Shown here: positions 1 to 9,000 of the stretch, piece by piece
Layout: each line of letters begins with the position of its first letter
How positions within the stretch are numbered: position 1 is the stretch's first letter
Assembly (NCBI GenBank): GCA_965368975.1
Contig: CBDUPA010000048.1
Location: 1 to 13,903, forward strand
DNA from: an uncultured bacterium
GTDB lineage: Bacteria > Acidobacteriota > Thermoanaerobaculia > Multivoradales > JAHZIX01
Reading direction: 5' to 3'
Length of the DNA: 13,903 bases
Made by a program: the position numbers and the translations under genes
Notes under the pieces: model-generated
Seen by the model: only the letters and a program-made list of their open reading frames with translations
What the model was told of the DNA's origin: nothing
Database searches by the model: none

Positions 1-68
1 AGCCTCGGTTGCCCAATAGCCTCGAAAATCTTCGCTTCGGTTGGGGTTTTAAGCCCAGGGTAAAGCAA

Positions 69-147
69 GGGTGCGCCTGGCCTGCCACCCCCGTGCACCC
101 CTGCGGAGCCGAGGGTGCCACCCCCAGGCACCCTGGCGGGTACCGCC
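69..147. repeat. GC-rich cluster of short inverted and direct repeats
   Basis: GGGTGC (69-74)/GCACCC (95-100); AGGGTGCC (112-119)/GGCACCCT (127-134) 8-bp stem; GGCGG (135-139)/CCGCC (143-147); direct repeat TGCCACCCCC at 83-92 and 116-125. Function unknown. Confidence 0.4.
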
Positions 148-476
148 GGCCGCGGACCGTACACCCTCGCCAGCCTCGTTACGTGCTCACGGAAACGACG
201 AAATGGAATACCGATACGAACTCGTGGCGACCGGCGATATGGTGACGAGGGTCGGCGATTTGTTGCCCGGTGTCGGGGACTTCTTCCGTGCTCCCGGTAC
301 AGCGAACTGGAACCGGCCGACTGTTTGGTCAAAAGCACACCTTGGTCGTCATTCGAGCTGAGGTACTGAGGTGGTATCCTCCCGTGGCGGGTGCCGCGAT
401 CGTAGATTCTTCAACAAGATACAGGTGTCCGAAAGTTTAGCAGTGACCTAATAGAGCCGGAGGTGGGGTAACAAAC

Positions 477-1589
477 ATGTGGGAACCGACACGCTTCGAG
501 AAGCGTATGCAACAGGCGCTTGAGAGCGAACTGAACCAGGCTGATGCAGAGAATTTCTATAGCCAGTACATCAGCGCGCGTAGAATTCTGCTCAAGGACA
601 TCTACGGAGAAATTCGTGGCGCCGAGCCCAATCTTACAGACCACGGCGCAGACCATATTCAAAATGTTCTGAAAAACCTAGAAGCACTCCTCCCTCCACC
701 GGAAATGGAAGATCACTTCACTGCCCTAGAACTCTATCTGCTCGGCCTTACAGTGCTATTTCATGATGTTGGGAATCTGGAGGGGCGTGCCGAGCACAAC
801 AAGCGGATAGCACGTTTCTACGACTATGTCCGCCGTGATTCACCCGAGCGAATCATGAATGAGAAACGACTTGTGATTGCTGCAGCGAAAGCGCACACAG
901 GACGCTCCTCCGATGGAGATCGCGACACCCTCCGTGATGTCCCTGAGGATGAGTACTTTGAGGCCGAGCGCGTGAGACTTCGCCAACTGGCTGCTCTTCT
1001 CCGGTTTGCTGATGAGCTGGCAGAAGGTCTTCAGCGAACATCTCTCTACCTCCTTCAAGAGCAAAACTACCCCCGAGACTCAGAACTACACCACCGGTAC
1101 TCATCTGTGACGCACGTGGCAATTGATCGTCAAAGAGGAAGAATAGCACTCAACTACCATGTGGATTTTGATGTACTTTCTGATACCCTTGAGGGACGCT
1201 TAGAAGCGCTAGAAAAGCTCCTGCAGTATGTCTGCGTTCGAATCACAAAGCTAGACGAAGAACGAAGGTATGCCAGATTTTACTGCACCCAGGTTCTGGA
1301 CCCATTTCAGAAGACTTCGGCTCGCATCGAGATTCATAGTGAAGGCGAGTTCTTGGACCTGGGACTCGGTTCAATTGAGCTCTCAGACAAGGTGATTCCC
1401 AATGGGAGATCGGGTGCCCACGATCAGATTTCTAGGGCGTTCGATCCAGCGAGGATCAAAGATATTGTGAAGTCGAAGGTGTCAAGAAGGCGCGATAATG
1501 TCCGTGGCCAGGTAGACGCAGCTGGCGGACAGGCCGCGGCACAAGATGACGAGACCATGAACTTGAGTGGTACGGGAGAGTTCTCGTGA
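477..1589 (+). CDS. HD-superfamily metal-dependent phosphohydrolase (HD-CE-like conflict effector), 370 aa
   Basis: Motifs LTDHGADHIQNV, LFHDVGN (HD), RAEH, AKAH and LAALLRFADEL supply the H..HD..H..H..D ligands. GGAGGT at 459-464 precedes ATG 477. Confidence 0.85.
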   Translation: MWEPTRFEKRMQQALESELNQADAENFYSQYISARRILLKDIYGEIRGAEPNLTDHGADHIQNVLKNLEALLPPPEMEDHFTALELYLLGLTVLFHDVGNLEGRAEHNKRIARFYDYVRRDSPERIMNEKRLVIAAAKAHTGRSSDGDRDTLRDVPEDEYFEAERVRLRQLAALLRFADELAEGLQRTSLYLLQEQNYPRDSELHHRYSSVTHVAIDRQRGRIALNYHVDFDVLSDTLEGRLEALEKLLQYVCVRITKLDEERRYARFYCTQVLDPFQKTSARIEIHSEGEFLDLGLGSIELSDKVIPNGRSGAHDQISRAFDPARIKDIVKSKVSRRRDNVRGQVDAAGGQAAAQDDETMNLSGTGEFS

Positions 1590-3328
1590 CAACGATCAAC
1601 CCTTTTTCCTTCTCCGCTGCAACAGATTTAGAGGCGGGTGATCTACTTTATTATTACATTTCTGATCACAATCACTCGCGTTTCATTCAGTCTAAGCGGA
1701 ATATCTTCTTGCTCGGTGAGCGTGGTTCCGGCAAGACTATGACACTTCGCTTTCATTCACTTGAGGTTCAAGAGCTGAAGGCTAAAGAGTCTCAGTCTAA
1801 GCCTTCCCTTGACTGGATTGGAGTCTATGTCCCCTGCAGGACTCCGTTGACACAGCGGACGGATCATGAGCTGCTGGACAAACAACGAGGCTACGTCTTG
1901 TCAGAACATTTCCTTTCGCTTTCGATTCTCAGTGCCATTCTCCAGGCTCTAGAGGTTATTCGGGAAGCATTTCGCACTCTAGATGAAGGCGCGCTCTCGG
2001 AAGAGGTTGAGGCAGTTCTGGCAACGACTCTGCCGGCAGGAAGCAGCTTCCTGTCAAGAATGAGGCGTTTTACCGCGGCAGAAGCAAGAAGAACACAAGT
2101 AGCGATTAACCAAGCGGACGAGGATTTCTATCCCAATGCATTTTCGTTTGCAACTCTCGTTATCCCGATGCTGGAAGCACTGACAAGAATGGAGCCCTTC
2201 TCAAGGTCTCACTTTCTGATCATGCTCGACGATGCAGACTACCTGAACCCACATCAGATTCAAGCGGTAAACTCATGGATCGCATATCGAGATCACTCAA
2301 GATTTAGCTTTAAACTAGCGACTTCGAAGGTCATGCGTCCACATCGCATTACCTCCTCGGGAGGCTCTATCGCAGAGGGCCACGATTTCACGGTAGTTGA
2401 CATGGAAAACCCACTCCACAACGAGCGATCCGACTTTGGGCGTCTTGCCCGACTAATAATCGAGCGACGGCTTGAACGAATCAAATGTAAGTCGACCCCA
2501 GAAGAGTTCTTCCCTGTAGGTCCCTCAGTTGAACGTCAGTTAGAGGAGTGCAGGGCACAGGCACGGACAGAAGCCAAACAGAAGTATCCAAACGGAAGTG
2601 ACAAGCAGATCAGTGACTATGTTTATAAATATTACCGGGCCATCTTCTTCCGAAGACGGCCCAAAGCTAATCGCCCCGTGTATTCCGGATTTGACATGAT
2701 TACTTATTTGTCGACAGGCGTTGTGAGAAATCTCTTGGAGCCTTGCTATGCGATGTACGATAAGGCGCTGTCGCGGACATCGGACCAAGAGTCAGATAGT
2801 TGTCCGATTCAGAGTATCAGCCCTACGATTCAGAGTGAGGTTATTCTAGCTCTGAGCGAGCGACCGTGGGCAAAGCTGGAGGAAGGGCTTCACAACCACA
2901 TTGCTGACTGCACTAAGAAGCAAGCAGAGCAGCTCAAGCAACTGTTCGATGCCTTGGCTCGACTTTTTCGAGAACGCTTGCTCTCAAATTGCTCAGAGCC
3001 GAGAGCAACTTCTTTCACAATTTCAGGAGGGGATTCATTGGAGAGACAAGAGCTGGACCAGCTGCTGAGCATTGCGAGGAAGGCTCTACTACTATACGCG
3101 CGGCAAGGCCCGGCAAAAGCAGCTGGCGCAAGGGAGACATACTATGTCCCGAGTCGTATGCTCTGGCCTGCAAGAGGTTTAGATCCGCTTGGTCAACACG
3201 CTCGTGTCTCACTGAAGGCGAAGGATCTGATGGCAGCGGCTCGCGGCCAGACTAAGCCGTGGACCGGAGCAAGTAAGTCACCGACGCTATCCGACGAGCA
3301 GGCGAGGCTATTTCATGAAGAGAGTTGA
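1586..3328 (+). CDS. P-loop ATPase, ORC/CDC6-like AAA+ type, 580 aa
   Basis: Walker A GERGSGKT, Walker B FLIMLDD after a helical insert, then FKLA, GHDF and LSTGVVRNLLEPC segments. The GTG start overlaps the upstream TGA (GTGA 1586-1589). Confidence 0.85.
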   Translation: MTTINPFSFSAATDLEAGDLLYYYISDHNHSRFIQSKRNIFLLGERGSGKTMTLRFHSLEVQELKAKESQSKPSLDWIGVYVPCRTPLTQRTDHELLDKQRGYVLSEHFLSLSILSAILQALEVIREAFRTLDEGALSEEVEAVLATTLPAGSSFLSRMRRFTAAEARRTQVAINQADEDFYPNAFSFATLVIPMLEALTRMEPFSRSHFLIMLDDADYLNPHQIQAVNSWIAYRDHSRFSFKLATSKVMRPHRITSSGGSIAEGHDFTVVDMENPLHNERSDFGRLARLIIERRLERIKCKSTPEEFFPVGPSVERQLEECRAQARTEAKQKYPNGSDKQISDYVYKYYRAIFFRRRPKANRPVYSGFDMITYLSTGVVRNLLEPCYAMYDKALSRTSDQESDSCPIQSISPTIQSEVILALSERPWAKLEEGLHNHIADCTKKQAEQLKQLFDALARLFRERLLSNCSEPRATSFTISGGDSLERQELDQLLSIARKALLLYARQGPAKAAGARETYYVPSRMLWPARGLDPLGQHARVSLKAKDLMAAARGQTKPWTGASKSPTLSDEQARLFHEES

Positions 3329-4217
3329 TAAGCTTATTGCGGTAGCAAGTTGGGAGCCAAGATTCTATCTTGGGCTCAAGAGGTTGACTCAGCAGGTGAA
3401 GATAAAGAGGTTTGAAATATTCTATTTTCGGGAGTATGCGGAGCGCACTGACTCTGTACGTAAGGAAGCAGCGCTCCTAGCGCGAAACCACGACATCTCC
3501 TGCTCAATGCACGAGCTCTGTTTCGAAGATCCGGCTGCCTCATGGAGGGAGATTTCCTCAACTGTACGCACCGATATCTCAAGTAATAGCAACGTGCTCG
3601 TTGATATCACTACCATGCCACGGGAAACTATATGGTCAGTGCTCTTCTGGTTAGAGGTGTCGAGAGCAAATGTTTCCTATGTTTATCATAGGCCTGAGAG
3701 TTATTCTCAGTCTTGGTTAGCTCGGGATCCGGATCCTCCTCGTTTCGCTTTCAAGCTCGCAGGATCTCCAGAATTGGATAAGCCAACTGCAGTAGTTGCT
3801 GTCACTGGGTACGATAACGAGAGAGCTGTACAGGCAATTGACTTTCTAGAACCTTCCCAGGCAATCCTGTTTAGGCAAATTGGAGATCAACTGGAGAACT
3901 GTGAGCGGAGAGTTGATGAGTCTAACCTCATTCTGTCTCGAGATCTCCATGTGCAGGTGCTTGAGATCGATGCTTACTCTGCCGATCACGGGTTTACCCA
4001 ACTCTATAGACTCACAAGAGATCTGGCGAATACTTACAACGTAGTCATGTTCTCCTTCGGCCCCAAACCCTCAGCGGTGTGCTTATTCAGGGTCCAGCGT
4101 AGAGTGCCGCAAGTTAGCCTCGCGTACATACATTGCAAAGACTATAGTGAGGCTTACTCGACAGGAATTGGGGCGACCCTACAGGGTGCTCTCGCTCTGC
4201 AACCAGAGAGCGCTTGA
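3315..4217 (+). CDS. Hypothetical protein, probable tandem CARF-like Rossmann fold, 300 aa
   Basis: Overlaps the ATPase gene by 14 nt. Two alpha/beta halves: LIAVASWEPR...VLVDITTMPRE...YHRPESY and VVAVTGYDNER...VVMFSFGPKP...YIHCKDY. The CDS is secure; the fold is inferred. Confidence 0.7.
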   Translation: MKRVDKLIAVASWEPRFYLGLKRLTQQVKIKRFEIFYFREYAERTDSVRKEAALLARNHDISCSMHELCFEDPAASWREISSTVRTDISSNSNVLVDITTMPRETIWSVLFWLEVSRANVSYVYHRPESYSQSWLARDPDPPRFAFKLAGSPELDKPTAVVAVTGYDNERAVQAIDFLEPSQAILFRQIGDQLENCERRVDESNLILSRDLHVQVLEIDAYSADHGFTQLYRLTRDLANTYNVVMFSFGPKPSAVCLFRVQRRVPQVSLAYIHCKDYSEAYSTGIGATLQGALALQPESA

Positions 4218-4230
4218 GGTAGTAGTCAGC

Positions 4231-5427
4231 GTGTTGACATTAGACTTGTGCTCTGGTGCTGGCGGCCTTACGAGGGGGTTTGTGCAGGCCGGATTTGAGG
4301 TTAAGCTGGCAATTGAGGTTGACCCGCATGCGGCGAATAGCTACCGAGCCAACTTCGACAGCGTCGAGCTCTTGTGCGAAGATGTGAGGGATGTACCCGA
4401 TGAGTTCTTGGTACGAAAGGTCAAAGAATTGGGAGGGCCACTTGGAGCTGTCATTGCAGGTCTTCCCTGCCAAGGTTTCTCAGAATCTAACCGTAGATCT
4501 CGCACTCGCGAGAATCCAAAGAATCAACTCTATCGGGAATTTCTAAGGATCCTGCGGATCCTCTCTCCTCGGTGGTTTGTCATCGAGAATGTAGCCGGAA
4601 TAACTACTCTAGAATCTGGAGTTTTCTTAGATAGCATCCTAAGGACGTTTCGTGGTGCTGGCTTTAAGGTCTGTGCGAAGGTCTTGGATGCTAGTGATTT
4701 CTCTGTACCGCAAGTCCGCCGGAGAGCTTTCATCGTCGGGAACAGTATTGGGGTAAATTTCAAATTTCCAGATCCGCTGGAGTTGCCTGCAACTGAGAAG
4801 CCTACAGTACTTCATGCAATCTCGGATCTCCCTACCTTAAGGAACGGGGCACAGGAGGACATTGTTGATTATAGGATTGCTTGGGAGGCTGCGAGTAGAT
4901 ACGCGCAGAATCTTCGGCCTCAAGACTCACTTGCAGTAACAGGTAACCGCGTAAGCCGAAATACAGATCGTGTCTTGGCGAGATATAGACATATACCACA
5001 GGGCCGTAACTGGACAGCAATTCCGTCCTCGATGATGAGAAATTACAAAGATCTAAGTGCTTGTCATACGGGGATCTATTATCGATTGGCTTGGGATCAG
5101 CCGTCCAAGGTGATTGGGAATTTTCGGAAGAACATGCTCATCCATCCCGAGCAACATCGAGGACTGTCGATTCGGGAAGCTGCCCGCTTGCAATCGTTCC
5201 CAGATTCTCACACCTTCTTGGGGCCACTTAATCACTGTCAGCAGCAGGTGGGCGACGCAGTGCCTCCCTTATTGGCAGAGGCAGTTGCCCGAGCGATCTT
5301 TCGAGCTGATCCCCTATTTTCAGCTAGTCTGGTGAGCCAGTCAGCGAGAATTGAGACATACCGATTGATAACAGCAGGCAAGACAGGCCCCCCTGACCCA
5401 TTTCCAGGCTCAGCTTCGGCTGATTAG
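4231..5427 (+). CDS. dcm: DNA (cytosine-5)-methyltransferase, about 398 aa
   Basis: Motif I DLCSGAGG, IV GLPCQGFS, VI ENV, VIII QVRRRAF, IX RGLSIREAARLQSFPD, X QQVGDAVPP. Start moved from 4147 to the in-frame GTG at 4231 (GAGGT at 4216-4220), which removes a 71-nt overlap. The symbol denotes the family only, not CCWGG specificity. Confidence 0.95.
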   Translation: MLTLDLCSGAGGLTRGFVQAGFEVKLAIEVDPHAANSYRANFDSVELLCEDVRDVPDEFLVRKVKELGGPLGAVIAGLPCQGFSESNRRSRTRENPKNQLYREFLRILRILSPRWFVIENVAGITTLESGVFLDSILRTFRGAGFKVCAKVLDASDFSVPQVRRRAFIVGNSIGVNFKFPDPLELPATEKPTVLHAISDLPTLRNGAQEDIVDYRIAWEAASRYAQNLRPQDSLAVTGNRVSRNTDRVLARYRHIPQGRNWTAIPSSMMRNYKDLSACHTGIYYRLAWDQPSKVIGNFRKNMLIHPEQHRGLSIREAARLQSFPDSHTFLGPLNHCQQQVGDAVPPLLAEAVARAIFRADPLFSASLVSQSARIETYRLITAGKTGPPDPFPGSASAD

Positions 5428-5470
5428 GCAAGGCTCTCTACCGAAGCCGCCAGGCGGGACCTGGGCGGGG

Positions 5471-5492
5471 TATTTGGGTCCATACTTGGGTC
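5471..5492. repeat. Tandem 10-bp direct repeat TA(T/C)TTGGGTC, candidate integrase arm-type binding sites
   Basis: TATTTGGGTC (5471-5480) and TACTTGGGTC (5483-5492), about 135 bp inside the tRNA-derived att core. Confidence 0.4.
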
Positions 5493-5624
5493 TTTCAGGA
5501 CGTTAATTTTACGTAAACTCGCGATAGCCCCTGCAATACCCTAAGTTGAGTTATGTCAGTGCTTAACGGTGAAACTTGCACCCTGCTGACGGTCAATGAA
5601 ATCCTATTCAACACCGAACTCATT

Positions 5625-5672
5625 TGATTCGTAATCAGCAGGTCACCGGTTCAAGCCCGGTCGTCGACTCCA
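5625..5672 (+). pseudogene. 3' fragment of tRNA-Thr(CGT); attachment-site core
   Basis: TGA-TTCGTAA-TCA anticodon arm (CGT at 5630-5632), variable loop AGGTC, T-arm ACCGG-TTCAAGC-CCGGT, acceptor strand CGTCGAC, then T and CCA (5670-5672). No D-arm or matching 5' acceptor strand upstream. Confidence 0.9.
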
Positions 5673-6082
5673 GTTCAACCTCTTTATTCCCAATACTTAG
5701 ACTATTGTAGCTGCTCAGCAATTGAGTGGCAAGCCGTGGTGCGGGCCTCCATCGGGGCTTCCTGGCATGAGATTTGGTGCAATTTGAGATTGCTGCAGCG
5801 AATTGGCTGTTGCTGCTCCAGGGATGGTCGATGATGAGGTTTGCTGTTTTACTCTGGCACGCATCACCGGTGGCATCTGCGAGTCTGTGCTCTCTCCAGC
5901 GCAGGCGGGTGAGAAACCCGCTACTTGTGGCTGTCTAGTCAGCAGGAGCCTGTGCAGCAGGGAGCCTCGCAGTCTGCAGTGGTGGTGTCCAAACGGGCGA
6001 GAGTTCGTAGGCGTACGAATCATGCGAAGTTGCCTTGGTGCTAATGACCGGCAAGAACTATTCCTTTGTCTTGGAGACCAAC

Positions 6083-9000
6083 ATGCGCACGTCCTCTATC
6101 TTTGTCAGTCTGATTTTGGTCCTCGCTCTCTATCCCGCCGAGGCGACGATTTACTGTTCCGACCTTGCTCCGTCCGTCCAGAACACCTTTGTCGAGTTCA
6201 CTCCCGGCGCCAATCCGCAGCTGCCGAGTACTTTCTGCTCTGCCGGCGGTGCCTACTGCACGACACCAATCGCGAGTGCCGTGCAGTACGAAGTCGAGGC
6301 TGCTTGTGACCCGACGGACGAAGGTGGTGGCGGCTGCTACGTGCGAGCGACAGTACCTCTCCAGTTTCCTGGCAACAGTCAGAATGGCTTCAACCAGCAC
6401 TCCAAGGTCTTTTGGTTTCGCCAGGGCAACCCGGCGCCGAGCGGCGTCTGTGCTCCGGGTGGCTTTCCGACCGGCAACGGCTGCTCACCCAACTCCATCT
6501 GTGGCTCCAGCTTCAACGAGATTCTTGTCGAGGAAGGTGAGACGTTCATCCAGGTCGGCGGGCTGCACTGTGGCAATGTCTTCAACGCCGAAGGTTTGCA
6601 GATGTGGCAGGTCGACGCAATCAGCTGTAACTTCCGGTCCGCCTCCAGCTGCGTGCGTCAGACCATCGTCCCCGTCGATCTGACGGCCTCGCTCGTAGCC
6701 GGTCTCTTCAACTGCCCTGAACCGCCTCCGGAATACGACTGCGACTGCTCGACGTGTCCTTCTATCGGCAGCTCAGCAGGGGGCGGTGGTGGTGGCAGTG
6801 GCAACGCCGGTGACGGAGCCGGCAGCTACGACGGCGGTCTCGCGACCGGACCAGGTGCGCGCCTCTATTACCGCGCCAAAGGCGTCGGCACAGCTGGTCA
6901 TCCCGGTTCAGTCTCTTGGGGAGTTGAACTCGGCGTCGGCTGGTCGCACCACTACGCAATCCGGATCGTCGAAGATCCCGACGCCAACCACGTCTGGTTC
7001 CTCAACCGCATGGGGAGCTTCCGCGAGTTCTCGAACCCGGACGGCTCGGGCGTCTACCAGACGGTGAACCCGAGCGATGAGTACCGGACTTTGACCCACC
7101 TGAGCGACGGAATGGGTGCGACGCTGGGCTGGGAGCTGCGTGAGCTGGACGGCACTGTCCACGCCTTCGGGGCCACCGGTCGCTGGACCTCGACGACGGA
7201 CCGCTTCAGCAACGCCAAGACGGCGACTTACACCGGGGGTCAGCTGACCCACGTCGACTTCCCTGACGGTCGCAGCGAGACGTTCACCTACCATGGCAGC
7301 GGCAAGCTGGCGACGATCTCCGAGGTTGGTGTAGACAGTGTCACGACGCGCACTTGGTCCTATACCTGGACCAGCGACGAGTTGACGCGCATCGATGCAC
7401 CGGACGGCACGGCGCTGCTGTTCCTCTACAGCGGTGGCTACCTGACCCGCGTGACCAAGGAAGGAACCAGCGGCGGCCTGCGCGTCGAGGCGGCGTGGGA
7501 GTACACGGGCGGCCGGGTGACCCGGATGTGGCGCGGGGATGTTACCCATGATGGTCTCAACTCAGTAGAACTCTATGAATTCGCCTACGACATGCCCGGA
7601 CTGCCCACCGAGGTCGATGTCACCGATCCATTGGGCAACGTCTCGACCTACCACCTGGGTCGCGACGAGGCTGGTAACAAGCCGAGGTTGGAGCAGCTCG
7701 AAGGTGATTGTCCGACCTGCGGGCTCGGCCCGAATACTGTGCTGACCTACGGCGATCCGAGCCACCCGCTGCGTCCGACGCAGGAGGCAGACGGGCGTGG
7801 CATCGTGACGACCTACGCCTACGATGCCAACGGTCAAGTCATCAGTCGCGTCGAAGCCCTGGGCACGGCGCTGGAGCGCGAGACCACGTGGCAGTACGAT
7901 GCGACCTACCCCGCGCTCGTGACTCGCGTCGAACGGCCGTCCGTCGAGGGTGCGCCGGAGACGCGCATGACGATCCACACCTACAGTGCAGGCGGCGCCC
8001 TCCAGCAAAGCCAGGAGAGTGGCTTCGAAGACAGCTCGCCCTTTGTGTTCGACACCCTCTACACCACGAACGGTGCCGGTATGCGCACCAGCGTCGATCC
8101 GCCCGGCCACGGCACTGCCGATGCCATCAGCTGGACCTACGATGCGACGCGCGGCGATCTGATCTGGCTCAACCGCACCGACCCTCTGATCGGTGCCACC
8201 ATCTTCACCTACGACGCCTTCAACCGCCGCACTCAGGTCACCGACCCCAACGGCGTGGCCACCGAAACGGCGTACGACGCGCTCAACCGCGTCACCTCCT
8301 TCACCCAGAAGGGCGCTAGCCCAGCCGAGGACCTGGCGACCACGTACACCTACACCGAGTTCGGCGACCTCTTCCAGGTCACCCTGCCGCGCGGCAACGT
8401 GATCGAGTATCGCTATGACGCTGCTGGCCGTCTGAGCCGCATCGAACGCAAGCCCGATCTCGCCGGCCGCGCCGAGCGCACGCTCTACACGCTCGATACC
8501 TACGGTCACCGCATCCAAGAACAGTTCCAACGCTGGAACGGCGCCAGCTTCGACACCGAGAGCACCACCAGCTATACCTACTCGACGCGCTGCAATCTGG
8601 ACCAGATCCAGCACGCCGACGGCTCCGTGACCGAGTTCGCCTACGACTGTAACGGCAACCTGACCGATGTCTGGGACGCCAACCACCCCAGTGCCAGCCA
8701 GACAAACCCACCCACCACGCTCTACGCGTACGATTCGCTCAACAGGCTAGAGCAAGTCAGCCAGCTGTGGGGCCCGGGACCAGGTGCGACCTACACCCAG
8801 GCGGACTATCAATATGACGTCCAAGATCACCTTGTGAGCGTCACAGACGCCGAGGGCAACGCGACGGCGTACACTTATAGTGACCGCGACCTGATGACCG
8901 AAGAGTCGTCGCCGGTCTCCGGAGTCACCAGCTACGTCTACGGTGACTCTGGTCAGCTCACCAGCGAAACCGACGCCCGTGGTATCACCACGGCACGCGT

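Larger units (their letters stand above)
1..5672. mobile_element. Right-hand end of a genomic island integrated at tRNA-Thr(CGT); left boundary outside the window
   Basis: Ends in a + strand tRNA 3' fragment. The cargo is visibly more AT-rich than the Rhs core and the genes after 12 kb, and is defence-like. The intact tRNA and the island's own integrase are not visible. Confidence 0.65.

Noticed and set aside
9-369. Three short overlapping + strand ORFs
   Set aside because: They overlap each other and show no RBS or recognisable motifs.
477-3328. Cas3 (HD + helicase) or a CRISPR locus
   Set aside because: The ATPase lacks SF2 helicase motifs such as DEAH, no other cas genes are present, and I found no repeat-spacer array in the window.
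4147-4230. ORF-track N-terminal extension of the methyltransferase
   Set aside because: It overlaps the upstream gene by 71 nt. Motif I normally lies a few residues from the start, and GTG 4231 has an RBS.
4234-4262. TTGACA at the methyltransferase start as an internal promoter
   Set aside because: No -10 element at a 16-18 nt spacing.
477-5427. Classical type II restriction-modification, BREX or DISARM
   Set aside because: No recognisable PD-(D/E)xK, HNH or PLD nuclease, PglZ, or DrmA/B helicase. A highly diverged nuclease cannot be fully excluded by eye.
5597-5672. Intact tRNA-Thr gene
   Set aside because: The 5' acceptor strand and D-arm are missing and the anticodon stem pairs only partly, so it is a 3' fragment.
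6035-6082. ORF-track start of the Rhs gene
   Set aside because: ATG 6083 has a GGAGA RBS and begins a clean signal peptide.
5715-6309. ORFs 5715-6023 (-) and 5803-6309 (+), or a riboswitch in the Rhs leader
   Set aside because: No protein motifs, and the + ORF overlaps Rhs out of frame. Only one short hairpin (GCGGGT-GAGAA-ACCCGC, 5905-5921) was seen, with no riboswitch consensus I recognise.
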